From an uncultured Chloroflexia bacterium (lineage in GTDB: Bacteria; Chloroflexota; Anaerolineae; CG2-30-64-16), in assembly GCA_963810095.1 (NCBI GenBank), contig CAWEMM010000006.1, positions 1,184,001-1,248,000 of the forward strand: a stretch of 64,000 bases of DNA, in the 5' to 3' direction. Shown here piece by piece: positions 30,318 to 39,968 of the stretch; the first letter of the stretch is position 1, and each line of letters starts with the position of its first letter. The notes beneath the pieces are model-generated. The model saw only the letters and a program-made list of their open reading frames with translations, did not search any database and was not told the DNA's origin. Both the position numbers and the translations under genes were made by a program.

Positions 30318-32090
30318 TTGGAAACCTACCTGCGGCGCCAGGCGATCCTCGCAATCCTCCGGCAAACCGGCTGGGTCGACGTCGAAGACCTCGTCGTCAA
30401 ACTCTCCGCGAGCCCCAACACGATCCGCAACGACCTGAATGTGCTCGATACGGCAGGTTACCTGCGCCGGGTGCGCGGCGGGGCAGCCCAAGTCGAACCC
30501 CCGGCAGCAGTTAACCGCACGCCCGCGACCCTGCCGGGCCGGCAAGGTCCGCACGCCGCGGTCGAGCAGCGCCTGGCCCGCTGGGCCGCGGCGTTGGTCG
30601 ACGACGGCGACGCCATCGCCCTCGACAACAGCGATGCTTCCTACTACCTCGCCGCCGAGCTGCGCGAGCGCCGCCGCCTGACCGTGGTCGCCAGCGCGCT
30701 CGACACCGCGCTGCTCCTGGCCCAGAACCCTACGAACAAGGTTATTCTCGCCGCCACCACGGCCGGCCCAGACGGCCACTCGGTCGTCGGCCGCATCAAC
30801 CCCGACCTGCTCGACGGCTTCTATGTGGCACACTGCTTTGTGGGCTGCGCGGGGTTTTCCCTCGAACAGGGCCTGATGGAGAACGACGTGGACGTGGCGC
30901 TCGTCACGAAGCACCTGGTCGGCCTCTCCCGTGAGCTTGTCGCCATGCTCGATCACAGCAAGCTCGACCGCGCCGGCGCCAACCGCTTCGCCGGCGCAGC
31001 CATGATTGGGCGCCTCGTCGTGGACGACGCCATTCCCCGTGACGAAATCGCTGCGCTCACCCAAGCCGGCCTGTTTCCGGTCACCACCGTCGGCGAAGCC
31101 GGCGCAACCACGCATCCGCCCATGGCGGCCGCGCATCCGAAGCGGCGTTACCGCATCGGCTTCGCCAACCTTTCCCCACGCATCGACTTCGCCTGCGAAG
31201 TGCACGAAAGCCTGGCGCGGGCCGCCGCTCGCGTCCCCGAGGTTGAGCTGCTGGTCCTGGAAAACGAGCTCAGCCCCGAGAAGGCGCTGGAGAACGCCCA
31301 GTTGCTCGTCGATTCCGGTGTCCAGCTGGCGATCGAGTACCAGGTTGATTCGCGCGCCTCGAACGTGATTATGGATCGCTTCAATCGCGCCGGCATCCCT
31401 GCCATCGCCGTCGATATCCCCATGCCGGGCGCCACCTACTTCGGAAGCGATAACTACCGGGCGGGGTTCATGGCCGGCGAAGCGTTGGGCGCGTGGATTG
31501 CGCAGCACTGGGACGGCGAGCTCGACCTCCTGCTGGCCCTGCAGTCGGGCATGGTGGGCACGGTGAACGAGGCTCGCATGCAAGGACAGCGTGAAGGACT
31601 GGAATCGGTCGCCGGTCCCATCCCTGCCGGCCGCGTTCAGACGCTGGACGCGCCCGTTATCCTCGACGAAGTCATCCCATTCGTGGCCGCGCTGCTGCCC
31701 ACCTTGGGCCGCCGCACACGCATCGCGGCCGTCGGCCTCAACGACGACCAGTCCGTGGGCGCGCTGCTCGCCTTCGAGGCCGCGGGCCGGCTCGACCAGG
31801 TCATTGCAGTGGGCCAGGGCGCCGATCGCCTCGCCCGGGCGGCGTTGAGCCGGCCCGGTTTTCCCCTGATCGGTTCCACCATGTTTGCGCCCGAGAGCTA
31901 CGGCGAGCGCCTGCTCGAGCTGGCGCTCCGGATTCTCGACGGTCACCCCGTCCCTCCGGCCGTTTACTCGCGCCACGTTTTCATCACCCGCGACAACCTT
32001 GCCGAATACTACCCCAACTCCCACGACGTGCTGCCCGGCGCGGCACAGGTGCAAGCCCTGCTTGCCAGGACCAGAAGGAGCGAGCCATGA
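30318..32090 (+). CDS. DeoR-family regulator fused to a C-terminal type-I sugar-binding domain (paralog 1)
   Basis: AAGGAG RBS then TTG start; HTH (SPNTIRNDL...RVRGGA), DeoRC (DGDAIALD...DHSK), binding domain (IGFANLS, AVDIP, GSDNYRAG). Confidence 0.82.
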   Translation: METYLRRQAILAILRQTGWVDVEDLVVKLSASPNTIRNDLNVLDTAGYLRRVRGGAAQVEPPAAVNRTPATLPGRQGPHAAVEQRLARWAAALVDDGDAIALDNSDASYYLAAELRERRRLTVVASALDTALLLAQNPTNKVILAATTAGPDGHSVVGRINPDLLDGFYVAHCFVGCAGFSLEQGLMENDVDVALVTKHLVGLSRELVAMLDHSKLDRAGANRFAGAAMIGRLVVDDAIPRDEIAALTQAGLFPVTTVGEAGATTHPPMAAAHPKRRYRIGFANLSPRIDFACEVHESLARAAARVPEVELLVLENELSPEKALENAQLLVDSGVQLAIEYQVDSRASNVIMDRFNRAGIPAIAVDIPMPGATYFGSDNYRAGFMAGEALGAWIAQHWDGELDLLLALQSGMVGTVNEARMQGQREGLESVAGPIPAGRVQTLDAPVILDEVIPFVAALLPTLGRRTRIAAVGLNDDQSVGALLAFEAAGRLDQVIAVGQGADRLARAALSRPGFPLIGSTMFAPESYGERLLELALRILDGHPVPPAVYSRHVFITRDNLAEYYPNSHDVLPGAAQVQALLARTRRSEP

Positions 32091-32725
32091 CGTCGACGTT
32101 TGCCGAACTGCAGGAAGCAGTGATTGACGGGCAGAACAAGCTGACCGTCAAGCTGGTTGAACAGGCACTGGCCGAGGGCCAGCCCGCCGGCGACATTCTC
32201 AACAAGGGCTTGACGCCGGCCATGGAAGAAGTGGGCCGGCAATTCGAGCTCCGGGAGGTCTTCATCCCCGAGATGATGCTGGCCGCTCGGGCAATGCGGG
32301 AGGGCGTGGATGCGCTGAAGCCCTACCTCAAGCAGGGCGACGTGAAGCGGGTCGGCAAGGCGGTCATCGCCACGGTAGAGGGCGACCTGCACGACATCGG
32401 CAAGAACCTCGTCATCGTCATGGTCGAGGGCGCGGGCTTCGAGATTGTCGACCTCGGCGTCGACATCCCGGCCGCGGCCATCGTCGAGGCGCTGCGCCGG
32501 GAAAAGCCGGACGTGCTGATGCTCAGCGCGCTGATCACGAGCACGCTCAACTACATGCGGACGACGATCCAAACCATCGAGGAAGCCGGCCTGCGCAGCC
32601 AGGTCAAGATCCTGGTCGGCGGCGCGCCGGTCACCGAGTCGTTTGCGAAGCAGATCGGGGCAGATGGCTATGCGACCGACGCTGCGGGCGCGGCCCGGGT
32701 GGCGCTCCAGGTCATCGGGCAGTAA
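32087..32725 (+). CDS. Corrinoid (cobalamin-binding) methyl-carrier protein, MtaC/MttC/MtvC-like
   Basis: Helical cap (GLTPAMEEVG..FIPEM), EGDLHDIGKNLV (DxHxxG), LSAL, VGGAPV. Confidence 0.92.
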   Translation: MTSTFAELQEAVIDGQNKLTVKLVEQALAEGQPAGDILNKGLTPAMEEVGRQFELREVFIPEMMLAARAMREGVDALKPYLKQGDVKRVGKAVIATVEGDLHDIGKNLVIVMVEGAGFEIVDLGVDIPAAAIVEALRREKPDVLMLSALITSTLNYMRTTIQTIEEAGLRSQVKILVGGAPVTESFAKQIGADGYATDAAGAARVALQVIGQ

Positions 32726-32738
32726 GGGGAGGTGGACC

Positions 32739-33891
32739 ATGCTGAGTGAAATGACCCCGCGAGCGGATCGAAGCCGTCTTCAACCACCGGGAACCGGACC
32801 GGGTGGCCCTCTACGACATCGTCCACAACATCCCGATCCTGGAACACTTTGCGGGCGAGAAGATCACCGCCGCGAACGCGTTCGACACGTCGCTGCGCGG
32901 CATCGGCTGCGCGCTCGACCTGACCCGCTGCATCGCGATCCCCGGCTCGGGCGAACGTGTGCACAGCGCTTCCCAGGGGTTCGAGTACTCGTTCGAGTGG
33001 TGGACGTTCACGATCACGAAGCGGCCGTACCGGGACGCCGCGCACCTTGCCGAGTGCGTGCGCCGCGAAATCGACGGCATTTACGATGCGATGGCCCACG
33101 GGAGGCTGACGGCAGACGCCGCGCTGATCGCGCAGCTCACCGCGTCCGACGCCCAATCGCCCGAGGAGGTGCACGACATCTATGCGAAGATGTGCCGCGC
33201 ACTTCAGCCGTGCGTGCTCATCCACCCCGAGAGCATCGTCGGGCTGACCACGGCCTACGTGCGCGCAGGGTGGGAGCTTTTCATCTACCTGATGGGCGAC
33301 GATCCCGAGCTGGTGGACCGCTGGCTGACCTGCCTGGCCGACTACGAGGTGTGGCGCATCCACAAGATCGCCGACCGCGAGCTGAGCCCGGTGGCCCTGG
33401 TGGCCGACGACCTGGCGGGCAAGGGCGGCCTCTTCTTCTCGCCCAAGTGGCTGCGCAAGCACTGGCTGCCCCACACCCAGCGCTGCATCGACGCGTGGCA
33501 CGAGCACGGCATCAAAGTCGTGTTCCACTCGGACGGCGACAAGATGCTCCTCCTCGACGACCTGGTACAGGCCGGCATCGACGGGATCAACCCCATCGAG
33601 CCAACGTGCAACATGACGGTCGGCGGGGTGAAGAAGCTCTATCCCGACCTGGTGGTGACCAGCATGATCGACTGCGATCAGCTGCTGCCTTTCGGCGAGC
33701 CCGATGAAGTCGAAGCGGCGTGCAAGCAGGCCATCGACGACGGCGCGGCCGGCGGGTCGTTCCTGCTCGGCTCGAGCTCCGAGCTGCACCCCGACGCCAA
33801 GCTTGAAAACTTCCTCAAGATGCGCGAAGTGGCGCTGACGTACGGCCAATACAGCAACAAGGCCAACTGGGGCGCACCGTCCTGGCAGTAG
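32739..33891 (+). CDS. UroD/MtaA-CmuA-fold methyltransferase-like protein 1 (frameshift near 32767)
   Basis: MT.RERI.A...EPDRV N-terminus, ADDLAGK..LFFSP, HSDG, GIDGINPIE, GSSSELH; lacks the UroD RQAGR motif. Confidence 0.8.
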
Positions 33892-33916
33892 TTCGCACCA
33901 GCAAAGAGAGGTAAAC

Positions 33917-35155
33917 ATGCAGACCTGGGAAAAACAATACACCATCCTGGCGGAGGACCTCGCCGGCCGCGGGGTCGACGTGGAGGCTGTCAAGGCGGCC
34001 ATCAAGAACCTGGTCATCGAGATGCCTTCCTGGGCGGTCGGCAACTCGGGCACGCGCTACGGCGTGTTTCGCCAGCCCGGCGCCGCACGGACCATCTGGG
34101 AGAAGGTGGACGACTGCGCAGAAATCCAGCGCGTACTGGGCGTCTGCCCCGTCATGGCGAGCCACGTCAACTGGGACAAGACCGACGACGGCCGCTACGA
34201 GCCGGTCCGCGACTATGCGGCGCAGCGCGGGCTGCGCATCGGCACGGTGCACCCGAACACCTTCCTCGGCCAGGAGTACAAATTCGGCAGCGTCTGCAAC
34301 CCGTTCGCCGAAGTGCGCCAACAGACCATCGACCACTTTATCGACTGCGTCCGCATCACCCGCGAGTTCGGCTCCAAGTCTGTCGGTATCTGGCTGGCCG
34401 ACGGCACCAGCTACCCCGGGCAAGACCACCTGCGCAGCCGGAAACACCGGCTCTACGACGGGCTCAAGGCGCTGTACGACGCGCTCGACCCCGACATGAC
34501 CCTCTTCATCGAGTACAAATTCTTCGAGCCGTTCTTCTACACGACGGACCTCCAGGACTGGGGCATGTCGTTCACCATGTGCCAGCGCCTCGGCCCGCGC
34601 GCCAAGGTCCTGGTCGACCTGGGCCACCACGCGTCGGGCGTCAACGTCGAGCATATCGTCTCGATCCTGCTCGACGAGAACAAGCTGGGCGGCTTCCACC
34701 TTAACAACCGCAAGTACGCGGACGACGACCTGATGGCCGGCACGGTCAACCCGCTCGAGCTGTTCCTGATCTTCGACCAGATTGTCGATGCTACGCTCGA
34801 CCCCCACACGGCAGACACGGCCAAGGGCATCACTTACATGCTCGACCAGTCCCATAATATCGAGGGCAGCCTGGAAGGCATTATCCAGTCGGTGATGAAC
34901 ACCCAGACGGCGCACGCCAAGGCCCTGCTGGTCGACCGGGCCGCGCTGCGCGAGGCGCAGGAAGCGGGCGACGTGATCCTCGCGAACCGCACGCTGATGG
35001 CCGCGTATGACACTGACGTCCAGCCCTTGCTCAAGCAGGCCCGCGTCGAGATGGGCCGGCAGCCCGACCCGATCGTCGACTTCCGCGCCTGCGGTTACCT
35101 GCAGCACATTGCCGCCACCCGCACGGGCGCAGGGCTTGGCGCGCTGGGCGGATGA
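33917..35155 (+). CDS. rhaI: L-rhamnose isomerase (RhaI-type, xylose isomerase TIM barrel)
   Basis: EMPSWAVGNSGTRY, WLADGTSYPGQ, EYKFFEP, DLGHH, GGFHLN..KYADDDL, MLDQSHN. Confidence 0.85.
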   Translation: MQTWEKQYTILAEDLAGRGVDVEAVKAAIKNLVIEMPSWAVGNSGTRYGVFRQPGAARTIWEKVDDCAEIQRVLGVCPVMASHVNWDKTDDGRYEPVRDYAAQRGLRIGTVHPNTFLGQEYKFGSVCNPFAEVRQQTIDHFIDCVRITREFGSKSVGIWLADGTSYPGQDHLRSRKHRLYDGLKALYDALDPDMTLFIEYKFFEPFFYTTDLQDWGMSFTMCQRLGPRAKVLVDLGHHASGVNVEHIVSILLDENKLGGFHLNNRKYADDDLMAGTVNPLELFLIFDQIVDATLDPHTADTAKGITYMLDQSHNIEGSLEGIIQSVMNTQTAHAKALLVDRAALREAQEAGDVILANRTLMAAYDTDVQPLLKQARVEMGRQPDPIVDFRACGYLQHIAATRTGAGLGALGG

Positions 35156-35165
35156 GGAGGCGGGG

Positions 35166-35489
35166 ATGAAACGCGTCGGCATGACATGGCAGGTCCGCCC
35201 CGAGCACTGGGAGGAATACAAAGCCATCCATCTGAACCCCTGGCCCGAGCTCCTCACCGCCATCCAGGAGCACGGCATCCACAATTACAGCATCTTTGCC
35301 GTCGGCACCCGCGTCTTCGCGTACATGGAGGTCGACGGTGACGATGTCTATGCCGCACTCGGAGCCCTGGCGCAAACCGAGGTCAAGCAGCGCTGGGACG
35401 CCGAGGTAACGCTGTGGGTGGCGCCCGAAGCCGAGGCCGGGAGCGGCATCCAGTTCCTCGAGCTGGAGCGGATCTTCTATTGCCCCTGA
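35166..35489 (+). CDS. rhaM: L-rhamnose mutarotase
   Basis: EEYKAIH..PWPEL...GIHNYSIF...QRW. Confidence 0.85.
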   Translation: MKRVGMTWQVRPEHWEEYKAIHLNPWPELLTAIQEHGIHNYSIFAVGTRVFAYMEVDGDDVYAALGALAQTEVKQRWDAEVTLWVAPEAEAGSGIQFLELERIFYCP

Positions 35490-35496
35490 GGATCAA

Positions 35497-36579
35497 ATGA
35501 ACGCTACCACCCCACCCGCCGCCCGGGCGGCCGAGATGACTTCGCTCGAACGAGTGCAGGCCGTGCTGCGCCGCGAAGAGCCCGACCGCGTCCCTCACTT
35601 CGAGTGGGTGCACGATGCGGGCGTGACCGCAGCACTGACCGGCGGCGGCGCCTATTGGGACCTGGTCGACCGGCTCGACATCGACGGCGTGATGGTGGCG
35701 CCCGCCTACCGCAAGCAGCCGGCCGCCCCGGGCGCGCCCGCGGGCGCCCTGCTCGACGAATGGGGCGTGACCCGCATCGTCGCGCCCGACGGCTATGCGA
35801 TGGTCGTCGAGGACCACACCCCCATTCGCGACGAAGCGACGTTCGCAGCGTGGCAGCCGCCCGATCCTGACGACCCGTATCGTTATGAACCGCTCCGCCG
35901 CACCGTGGCTCGCTTCGGCGGCCGGCGCGCCATCATCCTCCAGATGCGCGACGTGTTCTCGGGCGTACGCGACTGCATGGGCTACGAGCGCGCGCTCGTG
36001 AACATGATCGAAAACCCCGCGTTGGTGACCGCGGTCGTGGAGCAGTGCGTCGACCACTACATCCGGGTGATCCGGCACGCCGCGCCCCTGGGCGTCACGA
36101 TCGTCTTCACGGGCGACGACATCGCGAACGCCCGCGGCCCGCTCTTCTCGCCGCGGCTCTGGCAGAAACTGCTCCTGCCCCACTACCGGCGGTTGGTCGC
36201 CGCCATCCATGACGCCGGCCTGTACCACTGGAAGCACTCGGACGGCAACCTCTACCCGTTCCTCGACAGCATCGTCGACGCAGGCACCGACGGCATCGAT
36301 CCGATCGATCCGATGGGGGGGATGGACCTGGCCACGGTCAAGCAGCGCTACGGGAGCCGGGTCGCGATCAAGGGCAATGTCGACCAGGTCGAGCTGCTCA
36401 CCGGTGGCACGCCCGAGGCCGTCGCCGCAAGCGTGCAGTCGTGCATCGCCGCGGCCGGCAGGGGCGGCGGCTACGTCTGTTCGTCCAGCAATTCGATCCA
36501 CTCGGGCGTGCGCCCCGATCTGTACCGCGCGATGGTCGAAGCCATCCACACCTACGGTCGCTATCCGTTGAGCTGGTAA
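35497..36579 (+). CDS. UroD/MtaA-CmuA-fold methyltransferase-like protein 2
   Basis: MTSLERV.A.LRREEPDRVP, DEWG, GDDIA..GPLFSP, HSDGN, IKGNVD, SSSNSIH. Confidence 0.82.
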   Translation: MNATTPPAARAAEMTSLERVQAVLRREEPDRVPHFEWVHDAGVTAALTGGGAYWDLVDRLDIDGVMVAPAYRKQPAAPGAPAGALLDEWGVTRIVAPDGYAMVVEDHTPIRDEATFAAWQPPDPDDPYRYEPLRRTVARFGGRRAIILQMRDVFSGVRDCMGYERALVNMIENPALVTAVVEQCVDHYIRVIRHAAPLGVTIVFTGDDIANARGPLFSPRLWQKLLLPHYRRLVAAIHDAGLYHWKHSDGNLYPFLDSIVDAGTDGIDPIDPMGGMDLATVKQRYGSRVAIKGNVDQVELLTGGTPEAVAASVQSCIAAAGRGGGYVCSSSNSIHSGVRPDLYRAMVEAIHTYGRYPLSW

Positions 36580-36588
36580 GGGGGAAAT

Positions 36589-38061
36589 ATGCCCAAGTAC
36601 GTCGCCATCGACCTGGGCGCCGAGAGCGGCCGGATCATCGTCGTCACGATGGATGCGGCCGCGGGCTGCGTGGCGCTCGACGAGGTGCATCGCTTTCCCA
36701 ATGGTCCGGTCCAGGTGGGCGGGAGCCTGCACTGGGACGTCTTGCGGCTGTGGAGCGAGATCAAGCTGGGTCTGCGCAAGGCGGCCGCGGCGCATCCCGG
36801 CGAGCTGCGTTCCGTCGCCGTCGACACCTGGGGCATCGACTACGCGCTCCTCGACCGCCGCGGCGCGCTGCTCGGCAACCCCTACGCCTACCGGGACCCT
36901 CGAACGAACGCGGTCTTCGCGCCCGCGGTGGAGAAGGCCGGGCGCTGGGACATCTACCGCCAGAGCGGCGGCGTCCAGTTCATGTCGATCAACACGCTCT
37001 ACCAGCTCTATGCGGCGGCCCTGCAGGGCGACCCGGCCCTGCAGGCTGCCGACACCTTCCTCATGCTGCCCGACCTCTTCGGCTACTGGCTGACCGGCGA
37101 GCGGGCGTGCGAATTCACCGATGCGACGACCACGCAGTTTTATGACGGCGCGGCCCGCCGCTGGGCGACCGGGCTGCTCGACTGCCTCGGGATCCCGACC
37201 GCCATGCTGCCGCCCGTCATCCTGCCCGGCACGCAGCTGGGCGTGCTGCGCGCGGACGTGGCCGAGGAGACCGGGCTGGACCGGCTGCCGGTCATCGCCG
37301 TTGCGGGCCACGACACGGCCTCCGCGGTGGTTGCCGTGCCGGCCGACAGCGGCCACTTCGCCTGGCTGAGCTCGGGCACATGGTCGCTGCTGGGCGGCGT
37401 ATCTGACGAGCCCATCGTGACCGAGCAGGCGCTGGCCTACAACTTCAGCAGCTACGGGGGCGCCGCAGGCCAGTTCCTGCCGTGGAAGAACATCATGGGC
37501 TTGTGGTTGGTCCAGGAGTGCCGGCGGGCGTGGAGCCGCGAGGGGCGCGAACTCTCCTACGACGAGCTGACCGAACTGGCTGCGGCCGCGCCGCCGTTTG
37601 GCTACCGGCTCGACCCGGACGACCCCGCGTTCCTTGCGCCGCCAAACATGCCCGAGGCCATTGCGGCCTACTGCCGGCGCACGGCCCAACGCCCGCCCGT
37701 GGGCCCCGGCGAAACCGTACGCGGGGTGCTCGAGAGCCTGGCCGTGTGCTACCGGCGCACGCTCGAGTGGTTATCTGAGCTGCAGGGGCGGCGGTTCGAC
37801 GCGCTCTACGCCATCGGCGGCGGCACGAAGAACAGCCTCCTGTGCCAGTTCACGGCCGACGCGTGCGGCGTGCCCCTGATTGCAGGCCCGGTGGAAGCCA
37901 CCGCCTTGGGCAACGCCGCGCTGCAGGGCGTGGCGCTGGGGGATTTCGGCTCGCTGGACGAGGCCCGCGGGGTGATTCGCCGCTGCGCCGAAGTGGTCGT
38001 CTATGAACCTGGTGCGGGCGGCGGCTGGGACGAGGCGTACGCGCGGTTCGCCGCTCGTTAG
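36589..38061 (+). CDS. rhaB: Rhamnulokinase (FGGY family)
   Basis: AIDLGAESGR, DTWGIDY, AYRD.RT, INTLYQL, GHDTASA, SSGTWSLLG, GPVEATALGN. Confidence 0.9.
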   Translation: MPKYVAIDLGAESGRIIVVTMDAAAGCVALDEVHRFPNGPVQVGGSLHWDVLRLWSEIKLGLRKAAAAHPGELRSVAVDTWGIDYALLDRRGALLGNPYAYRDPRTNAVFAPAVEKAGRWDIYRQSGGVQFMSINTLYQLYAAALQGDPALQAADTFLMLPDLFGYWLTGERACEFTDATTTQFYDGAARRWATGLLDCLGIPTAMLPPVILPGTQLGVLRADVAEETGLDRLPVIAVAGHDTASAVVAVPADSGHFAWLSSGTWSLLGGVSDEPIVTEQALAYNFSSYGGAAGQFLPWKNIMGLWLVQECRRAWSREGRELSYDELTELAAAAPPFGYRLDPDDPAFLAPPNMPEAIAAYCRRTAQRPPVGPGETVRGVLESLAVCYRRTLEWLSELQGRRFDALYAIGGGTKNSLLCQFTADACGVPLIAGPVEATALGNAALQGVALGDFGSLDEARGVIRRCAEVVVYEPGAGGGWDEAYARFAAR

Positions 38062-38104
38062 CAGCAGAGCGGCACTCGCAGGGGAGCAGGGCGGCTCAAA
38101 CGCA

Positions 38105-38159
38105 AGATTTCGAAAATCTCCAAAAATCTATTGACAGATTTCGAAATCTGCAGTAGGGT
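38105..38159 (+). promoter_or_regulatory. Promoter with two palindromic operator candidates
   Basis: TTGACA (38131-38136), 17 nt, TAGGGT; perfect palindrome CAGATTTCGAAATCTG (38135-38150) over the spacer and near-copy AGATTTCGAAAATCT (38105-38119). Confidence 0.75.
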
Positions 38160-38206
38160 GTAAGCGTCAACTTTCACTAATCCACTTGCTCAATCCGCGG
38201 GACCCT

Positions 38207-39912
38207 ATGACCAGCTTCCAGCGACGCCAGCGCCTGTTAAGCCTCCTGCGCGAGCAACCGGGAATCCGCGTTCCCGAGCTCGCCCGGCTCCTTGGCGTCT
38301 CGGAAGCAACCGTCCGCAACGATCTGAATACGCTGGCCGGCGCCGGGCAGATCACCCGGGTGCGCGGGGGCGCGGTGCCGGGCGACGCCAACAGTGTCCC
38401 GGTGCCTGACTACTCGGTGCGGGCTGCGGTCAACGAGTCCGCCAAGCTGCGCATGGCGCGGCTGGGCGGCCGACCTGGTGGAAGATGGGGACGCCATCCT
38501 GCTCGACGCCAGCTCGACTGTCTATCACATGGCCCAGTTCCTCGAAACCCGCCGCCGCCTGACCATCATCACCAACGGCGTCGAGGTCGGCCGTAAGCTG
38601 GCAGCCAACGGCGACCACAAGGTGATCCTGCTGGGCGGCGCGATGCGCCAGGACGGCGCTTCCGTGACCGGCCTGCTGAGCGGCTCGCTGCTGCGCACGC
38701 TCCGCATCAAGCTGGCGTTCCTCTCCTGCGCGGGCTTCGCACTCGACGCCGGCCTCACCGAGGTCGACATCGAAGAGGCGCAGCTCAAGAGCCAGATGAT
38801 CGCCTCCGCAGGCTCGGTCGTCGCGCTGATTGATTCGAGCAAGTTCGGGCGCCTCGCGCTCATGCCGTTTGCCCGCCTCGACCAGGTGTCGCACATCTTC
38901 ACGGACAATGATATCGACGCGGGCTGGGTCGAGCAGCTGCGCCAGGCCGGCGCCACCCTCACCGTCTGCGCCACCAACACGATCTCCACCTTCCCGCCGG
39001 GCGCGCAGGAACAAGAGCACTACCGCATCGGGTTTGCCAACCTGAGCGAGCAGATTCCCTTCGCCGTCGACGTGCGCCGCAGCCTGGAACGGGCGGCCCA
39101 GGATGCCGGAACGGTGGACCTGGTGGTGGCCGACAACCGGCTGGACGGCGAACACGCGATCACGGTCGCCGACCGCCTGCTCGCCCAGGGGCTGGACCTC
39201 CTGATCGAATACCAGGTCGATGCCCAGGCGGGCGAAGTCATCATGAGCCGGTGCCGGGCGGCGGGCGTCCCGGCCGTGGCAGTCGACATCCCGATGTTGG
39301 GCGCCACCTTCTTCGGCGTCGACAACTACCGGGCGGGTTACATGGCCGGCGAGGCGCTGGGCAAGTGGGTCTGCGCCCATTGGGGCGGCGAGCTCGACCG
39401 GCTCTTTGTGCTGGAAGAGCCCCGCACGGGCCAATTTGCAGCCACCCGCATGCGCGGCCAGTTGGAAGGCCTGCAAAACGCGGTCGGGCCGCTGCCCGAA
39501 GAGAAGATCGTGCACGTCGATTGCGGCAACACGGCGGAGACCACTGCAGCCCGGCTGCGGCCCCTGCTGCAAGACCCCACCGTAGCCGGCCTGCACCGGC
39601 TCGCCGCCGTTTCGATCAACGACGACGCTGCGATCGGCGCGATTGCTGCCGCGGCGCGCATTGCGGCGGGCAGCGGACCTCATCGTGGTGGGCCAGGGGG
39701 CCGACCGCCGGGCGCGCGAGGAGCTGCTGCGCCCCGACTCCCGGCTCGTCGGCTCCACTTCCTACATGCCCGAGCGCTACGGCGAGAAACTCATCCCGCT
39801 GGCGCTCAACATCCTGCGGCGCGCGCCCGTGCCGCCGGCGGTTTATGTGGAGCACCACTTCATTACTGCCGAAAACCTGGTCGACTTCTACCCGTCGCGC
39901 CTGCCGGAGTAA
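38207..39912 (+). CDS. DeoR-family regulator fused to a sugar-binding domain (paralog 2; frameshifts near 38460 and 39665)
   Basis: VSEATVRNDL..RVRGGA, DGDAILLDASST, IDSSKFG, IGFANLS, AVDIP, GVDNYRAG, PERYGE. Confidence 0.82.
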
Positions 39913-39968
39913 TCCGGACGCCGGAAGGCCCTTGCCCGTGTCCGGGCCGAACTGAGCTCGAGGAGACC

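Noticed and set aside
30186-37689. Long antisense ORFs (e.g. 30186-32054, 35383-37689)
   Set aside because: Shadow ORFs typical of high-GC coding DNA, lying opposite well-supported genes.
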